The position numbers were made by a program, and so were the translations under genes. Below are positions 11,668 to 24,881 of a stretch of 64,000 nucleotides of DNA, one piece after another. This DNA is from Albugo candida (Eukaryota). The notes under the pieces were generated by a model. That model was not told where the DNA came from. It was given only the letters and a program-made list of their open reading frames with translations, and searched no databases. The DNA is taken from contig JBDOQK010000026.1 of assembly GCA_040437565.1 (NCBI GenBank), forward strand, positions 1 to 64,000, read 5' to 3'. Each line of letters opens with the position of its first letter. Position 1 is the first letter of the stretch.

Positions 11668-14600
11668 TGTGTATGAGGCAATCCTATTAGATAAGCTAGG
11701 AATTATTGAGATGGGGTGATAATCACTAGCTATTAAAAATGTGAGTAAGGCAAGTTACATTGATACCAACGGTTTGAAACATCCAATCCAATTAACCTTG
11801 AGAGGTAACAAGGAAGGGTACCATGCTATAAAAAGAGCGATATAAATAGATTAGAAGCATTAGAAAGTATTCGTGTTCAGTTGTTCCAAACATTTTCTAT
11901 TCCATTAAGTTGAGATCTCTAATCGACGTCAGGCTCCTTGACTTGTGTAAAACGCTGTTGTTTCTTAACGATTATATCGTTGCAGTCGGAACCTCTTTCA
12001 AATTCGAGATGAGTGAGCTGAAAACTACCGGCAGAGTAGATTTGCGTCCTAGCTTTTTTCAGAGGTTTTGAGAGCTATATTTGAGCTCCCTTCATTATCT
12101 GGTGTAATCCTATCGGAGTTGTTTAGGTGATTCCAGGCGACATAGGAATAAAAACCAACTGGGTAGGAAGGACACTCATCAGAGATAAAGAGTGATGCCT
12201 TCTCACTCAGTACTCTACCTGTTCCAAGATGACGCGTTCGTAGATCTTCTTAAGGTTCCAATTGCCAAATATATCGTGTGTATTCTTCGCATACTTAATG
12301 CCGTCCAGTCGGTATTCTTATCATTCTCGACTCCACAAATTTGATCGAGAATGAGTGTCGTCTTTGCTGTTCATCTTGTGCATGCTTTATAAACGCACGG
12401 ATGTCAAGTAGAATAACCAGATATAGTTTAGTCATTTCGGATGGTAGCGCGTGTGTATCTGTGCATGGTTGATGGGAACGATTCTATGGGTGGCCCTGAC
12501 CCGGAGTACCAATCCATGTACACTAAGATTTGAAATGAGGCAATTGCGTCTCAAGCAATTTTAATGTCGCAACGTTTTTACTCATTAGATACGAATATCG
12601 GATCGACGATGGGTACATAATGTTAGGAAAGTAATTTTACTGTACCGGAACGGCGATTAATTCAAGTACCTCAATTCGCCAATCGCAATCAGGATTTAGA
12701 TGGCGGCTTGTTTACGGAGTATGTAGACTCTAGTGTTCGCCTGAAACATGCACGGCCAACAGTCTTTATTATTTCTTCTTGTTCTAGCACCAAAAGTTTC
12801 CTCGTTTCCTGAAACTAATATCCTTTCATGACATAAGTTAATCTCTAATTTCTATTATGTTAGGAGTATAGAAGCGAGTCTGAAACGCTCCTCTACCTCT
12901 ACTTATACCATTTTGTACTCAGTTTTGGGCAGAAGAATATCTCATTAGCCGTGTTTTTTTCCTTTCATAGAATGAAGACAAGTATGCTATGCTTTCTGCT
13001 GTCAGTGCAGTGTTCAAAGAGCTGCAATTTGAGTGCATGGATTGTCACAGCATTTATCGTCAGTTGCTTCTAACGGATATTATATCCCTAGAACTAATCA
13101 CCGGCAGCTGCACATTACTTCACTTCACCCTAGCTGTCCTCTCTGCGGAATCTTGGCATAGAGAATGCATCTCGAAATTACATATTGTTTGCTTAGTTTG
13201 ATTCTCGCAATGCGAGAACAATCGAAGCAGCTTGATTGTCAACAGCTCTCATCTTGGTTGTACTTGGCATTGTTCTCGACTGAAATTCTGGAGTGTTCGA
13301 GAATCGATTCGAAAAAATGCCGTAACTGTTTGGTGTCCTGAGTGCGATATCGAGCTGCTTAAGTTTTCAAAAGACGCTGACGAGACTCAACATCACGGCG
13401 CCTATCTTGTGCAATCTTTTTCTCGATCGCTTAAAGCTTTTTCTTGATTTTTGGCCTCCAACTATCACAAATTTTTCCGGGATTCGAAGCTGTCCGCAAC
13501 TTGTCAAGCACCAAATTCGCTTCCAATTTGATTGCTGCGACATCTTGAGGAATTCGAATAGCCGTGATGAACATTTCCAATATATCCTCGTCCCAATTTT
13601 TGTGTCAGATGATGTCCTCCATGTAGTGGACGGAAGTATTCAGAGTCTGTGTAAACGATATTGATTAGCACTTCGATCATGCAGATGTAGTCTAATCGAT
13701 TCATGCGTGGCAATGCTCTTGTGAATACTTTTTGAGTCGGATTTTGGATTCGCGAAGCGTTCAACACACCCAACTGCGAAGGCCATTCCAAACACGCTAA
13801 TCGACTTGATTCGTGTCGAATCGTTCCACGCGAAGTATCGCCTGCTGGATCGAGTGATGAGTTAAAAATCGTCAAACACGAGAATGTTGCTGCCAATATG
13901 AGGTTGCTGAAGAGCAATAGCGCAAAGAAAAACACTCTTTCCTCGGCTCTCACAGGTGCATATACATTGTGAGCATACACCACTGAATCGTGGTTGAGAC
14001 GACGCAAATCAAATAGCGAGTTCGAATACTTTTCCGTTGCGCTCTGTAGCTGTTATACAAAAGGGGTAGTTCAGACGAAAGGATTGTCATCACGCCGCCC
14101 ATGTGATTTTGATCTGAAGAAAAGCGCTGTTGTGGTCACTGACAAACATTTCAGGCTGCATTTATGGATGTAATAAAAAAACCAAAATGAGTCCAGGTGG
14201 ATGCGGTCTTGACACTTGTTTTCTTGAACACAACACAATATTTGTTGTGATAGGACGTGGCCGATGAAAAGATGACCATTGTTATACATTTCGTTGATAT
14301 TCATCGCGACTACTAAACTTGTTTCACGCTGATGTAATCAAGAATCCATTAGCACTTACTCTGAACTGGACCAGCGATAAACTTCGTTTCATCTTGTTGT
14401 GGAAGGGGCATTGTTGCATTTTCTTCTGGAGAAAAGCTAAGATCGACGGAGAGAACGTCGATATCATCACAGAGATATCCTCGCCATTCAGCTCCAAATC
14501 ATTGCTACCAACACTTGATGCCCACATCGGAGCGTAGGATGATTTGAACACATTAGTAAATTGAGGATCAATGATATTATCACACCACCCACTGCAACAC

Positions 14601-15230
14601 AACTTATAGTCGCAAAAGGCGATCTTCCCCTCAGCATTACGTTCTTGTTGACAACCGAACCTTTTGGTGACGTTCTTTGCCAACATGAAAAACATGGTTG
14701 TTGGATCCATGGCACCATTGTCGCAACTGTACTATTTTTGCGGACCAAAGCCATATCTTTGAAAACCAAATAGTATTTCAACGCAAGTAGAACTCGTCCA
14801 GGTCTATTGTGATGGATCTGGTGAAGCTTAACCTGGGGAATTCATCCTTGCTCCGGTTGAATCGGACCATGCCGTGTCCACGTATCCCCATTTTGGCCAT
14901 ATTGGGCCGAACGATTCGGTCAAGTGTTTGGGTATTCTGTTTGACCAGACACCGACTCATTCGATGATTATCTCAACTCTCGACAAGCGATTTTATAATG
15001 GGTTTGGCGTATGTTTTCAACGTGCATGAACTGTGCCACTTACGGCTAATTGGGTGCGGAAATGAAGATTACATCTCGTCTTTGGTATCACACGATACAC
15101 GCGGACATAACAGTTCAGACTATCGACAGTGGCAGTCGAAGAAAAATCGATTTGGGCTTGACCGGAAAAACAAAAAAAATCGTAGGACATTCACCTGATC
15201 AGCAAAGCTTTTTTATTTCTTCGTCGATAA
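11668..15230 (-). mobile_element. Degenerate Ty3/Gypsy LTR retrotransposon
   Basis: Minus-strand debris in protease (14.3-14.8 kb), RT (KTAFT-like, ~14.1-14.2 kb), RNaseH, integrase order. Purine tract AATGGAATAGAAAA precedes TG at 11892, consistent with a PPT and 3' LTR. Confidence 0.5.
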
Positions 15231-15455
15231 TGTAGAGATCTAGAAGTTCCTCCTTTGGTCGGGCGACTGGTGCTACAACGCACTAAACTATTACTCGAAG
15301 TCTGTATCCGATGCGTCGAAATTACTCCTGCGAATTTAACAACTTGGTTCTTACTATTCATCTAACCTTTCTTTGATCCACACAAGACGATAGATATATT
15401 GACCGAAATACCAAATCTACACGGAAAGGTTTAATGAGAGATCACATTTTCGGGG

Positions 15456-15603
15456 GGTTGAAAGGTGAGCGAAGATGCGGTGTTCCAGGGAATTTCCAAA
15501 ACTGAGGTTTTATTTTTAGCAAAATCAAAATCCTAACCAATCGTTTAAACTAAGTTCCAAGTGCGACTAGAAATCCAAAACACATTCTTAAGTTCTTTCA
15601 ACA
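15456..15603 (-). repeat. 3' LTR of Copia element 1 (148 bp)
   Basis: Homologous to 19398-19528. Preceded on the minus strand by PPT AACCGGAAAGAAAGGAG. Confidence 0.85.
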
Positions 15604-18600
15604 CTCCTTTCTTTCCGGTTGCACTTGAAGTTGTGTCATCTTCAACTTGCATCGTCGGGTCCCTTAACTGCCATAACTCCCTTGGCTGAAGAAATCTTGG
15701 CGTCAGAAACGCTTTCGTCTGCAAGTCGGCCATCACCTTCGACGTATGTGCGTACCTTGGTGCGATAATTTCTCTGACCATGTTAGCTCTGACGAATTTT
15801 AGTCTGACGTCGATATGTTTTGCCTTGATTGAAGTAGCTTCGTTGAGAAATTGACTGATAGCCGCCTGGTTATCCATCCACAAGATTATTGGCTCCTTCA
15901 CTTTGACTTTCAACTCGCTGAATAATTCCCTTGCTCCAAGTAATTCCTGCGATGCCTTCGATGCTGCTACAAATTCTGCTTCTATCGTCGATAATTCCAC
16001 TGAGTGCTGCTTGTTGCATGACCAGCTGATCGTCATTCCATTTAAAGTGAATGCTGTACCAGATATGCTCTTTCTCGTTCCATAATCTGCTGCGTAATCA
16101 GCATCTGAAAAAACGCTTCCAGAGTGACTTCTCTGGCATCCGTGCATACTTCACCACCCAAATAGAGCTTCATAGTTTTAGTACCCTTAAGATACTTCAC
16201 CACTCTGACACCTAACGCCCAATCGGCAGTTGTTGGTGCATGAGTACTTCTCGTCAGCTTATACACAGAGAAACTGATGTCTGGACGCGTGCAGCGTGCA
16301 AACCATAAAAGGCTGCCCGCCAAAGACTGGAACTTCTTAATAGTTGGCTTCTTGACTGAACGTATCTCTAAGCAGTCCGAGTTTGATGTTGTACTATCAC
16401 TGTAGTCTTGACCGATAGGCATGAGAACCGGATGCGCTTCATCCATTCCCATTTTCGTTATTAATTCGCATATAGACGGTTCTGATCCAAATAGTATCCA
16501 TCTTCATCGCTGTAGCGAACTCGCATTCCCAAAACCTTGCTGACGGGTTCGAGATTCTTGATTGAAAGACTTGAAAGACTATCAAATGTCGACTCGATTA
16601 TCGAAAACTTGTCCTCATTATCAGTATATCGTCGACATATGCCCCCAAAACCGTAATTCCATTTGTGTATTGGTCGTAATATAAACATGAGTCTGTTAGA
16701 CTTTGTTTGAAACCTGCATCGCTAAGCTTCTCATGCAACAGGTGACTCCATAGCCGTCCTGCTTGTTTCCGCCCATATAGGCTCTTCTGTAAGCGTAGTA
16801 GCACTTGATCCCGACTCGTAACACCTAGTTCAGTAAGCTTGGATGTCGGTATTTTCATTCCTTGAGGCACGTGCAAATACAGGTGCAAGTTCTTTTCCGT
16901 TGGTGCCTTCACGTACGCATTAGGTACGTTACCATGCCTTGCTGGCATTCCCCAGATCCTTGCTAAAGCTAGTATGAGCTTTGCTGTGCCTAAATGCATG
17001 ACTGCTGCAACTTTCATTTCGTAGTTGACTCCGAATACTTGTTCGTTCCCGCAGGCAGCCATTCTAGCCTTGAAGCGTTCCATATTGCCGTTTCCGTCCG
17101 TTTTTCGCTAGATTACCCACTTCATGTGTAAGGCTTTGATATCTTTGGTTCTTGGTACGATGGTCCATGTTCTGTTTTCCTCCAGTGAGGCTAGGTCTGC
17201 GTCTGCAGCCTCCTTCCATTCGACATGCTTTACTGACTTCATTGCTTGATTGTACGTCTTCGAATCCGGCTCAATCAGCAGTTACACGATATCTTGAGAC
17301 GAAGCTTTCCTTCCTTGGTTTCTGGTAATCATCTTACTTCCTGGATCTTTCTTGAGCAGATCCGATTGCGATCTTTCAGCAGTTGTGATTGATTTCCTTT
17401 GAACGTTGGTATTCTTATGAGGTTTCACGTCTACCACTGTCAAATCCTGTTGACGTCCCTGCATAGTTGACTCCACATATGACATGTGTGGAGTGATAAT
17501 GACAGTCTTTGATTTAGGTGAATACAATTTGGATGCTTAGGTTTCATCGCATTTTCCGATAACAATACCTTCTTCACTTCGCTTTGCGAGAGACTTTTTT
17601 CCAGTTCAAATTCGAACCGAAAAAGGTGAGCCAAATGTTACGACATCAGTAAGACTTGTATCCTTCCCAGTCAAAACCGTCAAGGGGGGTCGTCTTCCTT
17701 TATTCGCTCTGGTTGGGCTTCTATTAAGGATATATGTCGCATATTCAGCGGCATCTCCCCAAAAATATAACGCCATAGAGCTTCCAAATATCATAGACCC
17801 CACCAAGTTCATGACTGTCCTATGCTTTCGTTCAGCTTTCCCATTCGATACTTGGTTTTTGGCCTCACTGATTTGTCTTCGCACTCCCTCTTCTTTGCAA
17901 AAAATGTCCAAATTTTGGTACTCAGCGCCGCCATCAGTTCGTAGCACATGAATCTTGTAATCAAATCGTTTTTCGAAGTAAGTCAAGAAGTCTTGAAACT
18001 TCGTTGCTTCTTCATTCTTAGTCTTAGCCAAAAATACCCGACAATAGTTCGAGTTGTAGTCGATAAAATTGACCAAATATGAATCTCCACGTCGGTCTTG
18101 AGGCGTGATCGGACCCTTCAAATCAACGCATATTACTCCACCAATTCGTTCCGTTGGTGAGTTTATACCGGTATCTTTCCGAGACTGTCTGCTCTTTGTT
18201 TGCTTGCTTTCCACGCAAGTCAGGCATTTCAATCGCCGATGGTCATCAATCTCGATCCCTGATTCCGGAAGCTTTGCTGTACGCTCAATAGTATCGTAGT
18301 CCAGATGACCAAATCGTTGATAGAAGTGTAGAAGACTTCCCGTCTGCTTGTATGAGTCATCCACGGACTCAATTCAAGCGAGTATATCCATAACACTGGG
18401 TACGCGTTCCCGACCTTCTGTCTCGATAACGAGAACATTTTTGACCATATTTACTTCGAACACGATCGCACCATCAGAAGTACGTCGGACTACTCTCAAT
18501 CCATCTGCCAGATACGCCAATTTGNNNNNNNNNNNNNNNNNNNNNNNNNNNNNNNNNNNNNNNNNNNNNNNNNNNNNNNNNNNNNNNNNNNNNNNNNNNN

Positions 18601-19384
18601 NNNNNNNNNNNNNNNNNNNNNNNNGCTTTTGAGTACTTGATAACGCTTTCCAGGGGCATATCATCGGCTCCCCCGACTGCTTCACTGAGTGCCGACAAGA
18701 ACAAAAAATGTTCACTCCAAGAACGTCCAGTCGGTTTTTCTGCCGTAAAAAGGCGTGTTAGCTGCGTCCTGGTGATGTTGGGCCGGAATACCTCGTTGAT
18801 CCGGTCCATCACTTCTTCAACGCTAGAGCACTGAGTCATCCATTGAGGTACTTGCTTCTCGTAATAAGTGAGCGCTTTTCCGCTCAGATGCCGCCCTAGG
18901 CAGTCCAGCTTCATCTCCTCACTCCAAATTCCGCCGGATGCTTGCTGGGCGTGCGGTAGTTGCCGCAAGAAACGAAAACCCAATTGGGTAAACGGCGCTT
19001 CAAGTCCCGAGTATGTCCTTTTCTGTCGAATGGCTGAATGGCGATCTTCATATCCCTTATTTCTGGGAATCTCACTCGTTTTAGCCCGTCGATCGCATTA
19101 TGTTGCATGGCATGGACAAAACTTCTTACCATCCCGCTTCCACGATGCTGCATTGGTTTCGCATCCGGAGATGACATTGTCAAACCGTGTCCTTGATTTC
19201 GCGGCCCAGCAAATAAGCTCTCCGCTCGCATGGGTGGTACTGGTACGGGCGAGCCGACGCTCCGCTCGGTTTCGATCTTGTCCAGTCGAATTCCGAGTTT
19301 CTCCAGCAGCAGCATCATTCGGTCCATCTTCGACTCATCTGATCCGTCGGATTCTTCCATGGTCTTGGCTGCTGGAATCTTAGT

Positions 19385-19397
19385 TGGGCTCATAACC
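19385..19397 (-). promoter_or_regulatory. Primer-binding site GGTTATGAGCCCA of Copia element 1
   Basis: Directly abuts the 5' LTR. Complementary to the tRNA-iMet anticodon arm (TGGGCTCATAACC) and contains the gag ATG. Confidence 0.85.
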
Positions 19398-19528
19398 TGT
19401 TGGCAGGTGAGCGAAGATTCGGTATTACTGAGGTTTGATTCTTAGAAAATTAAAATACTAACCAGTCGTTTGAACTAAGTTCCAAGTGCGACTAGAAACC
19501 TAAAACACATTCTTAAATTCTTCCAACA
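19398..19528 (-). repeat. 5' LTR of Copia element 1 (131 bp, internal deletion)
   Basis: TGTTGG...CCAACA ends. Same family as the other four LTR copies. Confidence 0.9.
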
Positions 19529-20199
19529 GAAACAACCTCAACATTGACAACTTATACAAAGAGATCGTTTGAAAAGCCTCAAATTGATCCACTTGCTGGG
19601 TAGACGATCGTAGGTTCATAGTTATCTCCGTGAGTTGATGATAGCTTCCACGAAGCCCGCGGCAAGGAATATGACTCACAATGAAAATGGTTTGCTCTAG
19701 TACAAACGGAGATGATTGAGAGCCCACTATCATATTTGTGAGCAATAGTCGTTCGAGATTTCCTGCATCGCATTCAAATTAATATGCCACGCCTACAATG
19801 CCTTCATAGTATTTAGCATTTAAATACTGTCAGACTGTGTTGTTGTAGCGTCGCGGATGTTTCATCTAGTGAATAGAAGATTTATCATGTAGGTTATTGA
19901 CAAAGGCAAGAGTGCTGGCGGGCGTTTACGTTATCTGTATTTCACAGTGCTATTTAGATTTTGAATATGAGCAGTGTGAGATAAAAAGCAATACATGATA
20001 CATTTGACACTGATTTTGCGCAGCAGAACCCCAGTTAAAAAGCACGCCCTGATAATTTCACATTCAATCCTGGATAGAATATATGGCATTACTCGATATC
20101 ATGAAACAGAGAAGAAAGGTGTAGATGCCAAAAAGAAGGAAAGGAACAAACGCGCCCTGACCGTACAATATTTCAGCTATCTAAAGAGATAGAAGGAAT

Positions 20200-22470
20200 T
20201 CCAGTTATAGCTCATAGAAATTCCATACAAAGTTACATAAGGCATCATATCCACTTGCAAGCCGATAACCCGCGCGTATCGTTCCATTACCTTCATCGCA
20301 CCATGACAGCTGTATCGGACTCTGATACCAGTATAAAGCGACCTGGTTCTAACAATCGGACCATCATTCGAAGTGCAATAAAGCTGGTGCCCCTGGTCGT
20401 GTGATAGTTGGGGGAGTATTGAGCTCCAACGAGATTTGATCGGATAGCTTCCGTTCAGGTTTCCTCGTCTCCAATTCTTGACTGGGAACTGGCTTCACCA
20501 AGCTTTTTATAGGGCCACTAGAAGTACTGCTGGTTTTTCAATTAAAATTTGTCTTATTTAAAGTATTAGGGTTCAGGCTTTAGAAAGTTTGATTTCTTCA
20601 AAAGGAAGAAATGTGAATGTCGAAATGAATTTTTCTCACAAAAGCGACGACGAGCTTGCAAATCAAATTGATTGATCATCACACTAAATTGGGACAGATC
20701 CATTGATTCGAGAGTAAGCCCGAGACCGCCCCCTACAGTCACGGTCGTCACAAGCGTTATTGATGTTCTTCGAAGACGCCATCACAGCGGTCATGGCTCC
20801 GCTGAGTGCAATAGATACCCATGCGGCTGTTTGACGTACTTTGGTCGATGCATTTCCAGTTTGTCCATTGTGGCTTTCTCTAGTCCATGTGACCAATGGT
20901 TCCAGTTCTCAAAACCTTCGTCGTCAGGAGGCTCAGGAATTTTTTCTTGCAAAGATTCCGAGTCTTTGTCGCCGGAAGAATTGTGTAAATTACATGCGCA
21001 TTGCTTGGGGATGGTATAACTACATGTGAAGGAATTTAAATTTTCGATTATGGTCCTTTCGGGGCGATATGTTGTTTGGAGGGACACGTTTTCTTGGCGT
21101 GGTGTGGAAGTGATCGAAATGTTAGACTCAAGGTAATTTACATTTTGGTAGACGGGGGATTCGAGTCTAGTGCTAAATGTAAATTTTTAACGGTTGCGTA
21201 TACAAGCTGGTAGCACGTTGATATACATACTTTGGTACTCAAGTGCCCGCTGTTGTAAGCTGATCTGCTTCCAGTATAACCGTAGACTGTGTAGTTTGCA
21301 CTCTCCTTATTACGTTGATGTCATCTCCTCCTCAGCGTAGCTGCATTAGATTCCATGCTTGTGAAACGACTCATTGCATGCGAATTTTTCCAATGGATAT
21401 GTGCTTAGACGGTAAGTAATCCGTTTTCTCGTCTTCTTCTTCTTTTGCGTTGCCCCCCCCCGTCCGTGTCTTTGGTTCCTTTACATATGTCTTTTTTTCA
21501 ATATCAATGGTTCTCTTTCTCAAACTTCCTGATTCTTGCTTCCCGTCTACTTTTTCATTCTGAACGGTATCCGGTTCCGCCGAAAGTTTATTACTTTTTA
21601 CGTTTATTAGAGACGCGTTCAGTGTGTACGATAATAGTATTTCGAGAAGCTAAATGTTTTCTTTCAAAGAGACGCACTCTTGACTCCGTCTAAACGTTTC
21701 ACTCGTCTTGAACTGCTCCTGTCTGTACTGAGTTTGAGTCTGTCTTGATCTTTTCTACCCAAATGTTCGATTTCCAACCCTTGCGTTCAATAGTGGGCAA
21801 AGCTCCATATGTGATGGCTCCAGCGATTGGCTCGGGCGAATATGCGAATGTACATGTCGCTAATTTGCATTCCTATTTTCAATGCATTTTTCACTCCTTC
21901 GACCCATGCTAGTGTACGTTTGGCTTTCCGTTCGGAAAATTCGGTATCCTCAGAGAATACAGGGCTCTTTACGCGACGTAAGGCAATAATATGGACGCAA
22001 GCCACTAATTTCCATTTGCTCAAATGCATTAGCTTATCACGGACGATCAACGCAAAGCGTAAAATGACCTGACTACTAATCGAATATCCCCAACCGTTCT
22101 TCTGAAATGGCTTCCCTCGATGAATCATCATAAATAAGAGACCACGAACATGCCAGCTGGCTACCAACCAAGTCTACTCGGCATTTTGCCACCCAACCTT
22201 TACGGAAAGAAACCGCTTAACTAGGTCCCCTCACGCTTAAGCATTCCGCGTCGTTTTTCCAGCTTGTTTCATTGCTTTCCCAGCGAATGTCGCCGTAGTA
22301 TCGTTCAACAACGCTTGTGAGGCTTCGGCTTCACCAAATCCGCCTTGTAATATGGTGGTTTCCAAATCTGTTCAGAAAATACAAGCAGTTGGCCCAAAAG
22401 TCAAGCGGCAACAACATACCTGCTTGGTAAGGATATGATACAGGTTTTTGCAGCGTTGAAACATATCTTT
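20200..22470 (-). pseudogene. Decayed intron-containing gene, possibly PH plus PDZ-like domains
   Basis: GTATGT...AACAG intron near 22370-22420. Fragments end in AWVEGVKNALK (PH C-terminal helix-like) and VGGGLGLTLES (PDZ GLGF-like loop). Many stops and frameshifts. Confidence 0.3.
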
Positions 22471-22482
22471 ACGAATTGTATC

Positions 22483-22630
22483 TGTTGGCAGGTGAGCGAA
22501 GACGGTTGCGTTGGAAAAAATTGCCGAAACTGAGGTTTTATTTTTAGAAAATTAAAATCCTAATCAATCGTTTAGACTAAGTACTAAGTGCGACTAGAAA
22601 CCTAAAGCACATTTTTAAGTCCTTCCAACA
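22483..22630 (-). repeat. Solo LTR of the same Copia family (148 bp)
   Basis: TGTTGG...CCAACA ends. No PBS or PPT adjacent, and no matching 5-bp TSD seen. Confidence 0.9.
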
Positions 22631-22918
22631 TGCTCAAATCTGCTTAATTTGTCACGATTAAAACCGATTGTTTTTTCTATAAAAAGAAAAAGCGACTGCA
22701 ATCTGCCAGTCTAAAATACAGAGGTAGCCAAATAGAACTCATGAGAGCATGTAATTAGCAAGATCAATTAAAAGAAGAGAGTTGAGAGGATTTGTTGACA
22801 TGTTCGACGCAAACTGGGTAGAGCAAGCCTCGCTCCAGGTCATTTCCCTTCAACCTTCTTGCAATCTTATTACAGGTACGATTTTGTAGATCTTGATATA
22901 TCATGTATACGACGCCAT

Positions 22919-23066
22919 CGTTGGAAGTATTAGAGAATTTGCTTTTTGTTTTCTAGTCGCACTTGGTACTTAGTCTAAACGATTGATTAGGATTTTTATT
23001 TTCTAAAAATAGAACCTCAGTTTCGGCAAATTTTTCCACGCAACCGTCTTCGCTCACCTGCCAACA
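22919..23066 (+). repeat. 5' LTR of Copia element 2
   Basis: CGTTGG...CCAACA followed by GGTTATGAGCCCA. Confidence 0.9.
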
Positions 23067-24881
23067 GGTTATGAGCCCAATGAAGATTCCACCAGCCAAG
23101 ACCATGGAAGAATCCGACGGATCAGATGAGTCGAAGATGGGCCGAATGATACTGCAGGAGACACTCGAAAATCAACTGGACACGATCGAAACCGAGAGAA
23201 GCGTCGGCTCACCCGTACAGCCACTACCCACGCGAACGGGAAGCGTATTTTCTGTACCAAGCAACCAAAGACAGGGTTTTGACAATGTCATCCCTGGATG
23301 CGAAATCGATGCAGCATCGTGAAAGCGGGATGAGGAGAAGCTTTGTCCATGCATGCGATGCAACAAAATGCGCTAACGGGATCAACTGTGTCAGATTCCC
23401 GTCAGCAAGGGATATGAAGCTCGCAATTCAGCCATTCGACGGGAAGAAAACATACTCTGGGCTTGGAGCGCCGTTTACTCAATGGGGTTATCGTTTCTTG
23501 CGACAACTATCGCATGCCCAACAAGCATCCGGCGGGATTTGGAGTGAGGAAGTGAAACTGTACTGCCTAGGCGGCATCTGAGTGGCAAAGTGCTCTTTTA
23601 TTACGAGCAGCAACTTCCTCAATGGGTGACACAGTGTCTAGCGTTGAAGAAGTGATGGACCGGATCAACAAAGTGTTTCGGCCCAATATCACCAGAATGC
23701 AAGCAGCACGATTTTTTACCGCAAAAAAACGACTAAGCGTTCTTGGAGCGAGCATTATTTATTCCTGTCGGCAGTCAGTGAAGCAGTCGGTGGGGCAGAC
23801 GACATGCTCCTCGAAAGCGTTATCAAGTACGCAAAGCCTGATTTCAAACAAGCTCTGATGTCGCGTGTCAACACAATGAGAGAAGACACCAGAAGGCAAG
23901 CCGAAGAATTGTGTCAATTTGCCCAGCTTATGGATTCAGACATCAGTGATGCTTCAAGAGAGCCAAAGAAATGGAATCGAGACCGAATCGGTGCGATAAG
24001 GGAATCCAAGCCGAAAAAGCAAATGAAGTGTTACAGTTGCGGGAAAAGTGGACATATGAACAAGTTGCCGGAAACAGAGCTCCTCCAGCTACAAATACAT
24101 CGTCTTAGGGATTGGATGCAAAAGTACTACTCTGGAACAAACGAAGAAAGTATGGATATTAGACAGCGGGTCCAGCAGGCATCTCGTAACGGATATGAGC
24201 ATGTTACAACATCGAAAGGAATGCAACGATTCAATTTATATTTCCAAATGGGAAGGAAATGAAGATGGGATGAACAGGATCGGTGAATACTGTCGCAACA
24301 GTCAACGATTTACCGAGGAATGTTCTCTTGAACGATGTTCAACATTCGGAACACCTCCCTTGGTCATTATCTCGTATGGAAATTTCGATGCAAAAGGATG
24401 CAAATTGACGTAGCAAGCAGATGTATCGATAGTTGTCCAACAAACTTCTGATGGTACTATCGTGTTCGAAGTAAACATGGTCAAGAACGTTCTCGTTATT
24501 GAGACAGAAGGTCGAGAATGCGTCTCCAGTTTTATGGATATACTCGCTTCAATTGAGTCCGTGTACAAAGCAAACAAGCAGATGGGGGGTGTTCTACACT
24601 TACATCAACGATTTGGTCATCTGAACTACGATACTGTTGAGCGTGTAGCAAAGCTTAGCGGAATCAGGGATCGAGATTGATGACCACCGGCGATTGAAAT
24701 GCATTACTTGTGCGGAAAGCAAGCAAACAAAGAACAAACAGGCTCGGAAGGATACCGGTATGAACTCACCAACGGAACGAATTGGTGGAGTTATATGCAG
24801 CGATTTGAAGGGCCCGATCACTCCCCAAGACTGACGCGGAAATCGATGTTTGGTCAATTTCATTGACTGCAAATCGAACTA

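Larger units (their letters stand above)
15456..19528 (-). mobile_element. Ty1/Copia LTR retrotransposon, near full length, frameshifted (element 1)
   Basis: Gag (18.6-19.4 kb), GAG-pre-integrase HxRFGH..CLTC, integrase (VDLKGP, LRTDGGAEY, NGKAERKHRT), RT (RFKARM, LQKSLYGxKQAGR, AYVDD), RNaseH (SDADYA, KHIDVR). LTRs at both ends, PBS and PPT present. Internal N-gap at 18525-18624. Confidence 0.95.

Noticed and set aside
19385-19397. tRNA-Met fragment
   Set aside because: It is the retrotransposon primer-binding site, not an RNA gene.
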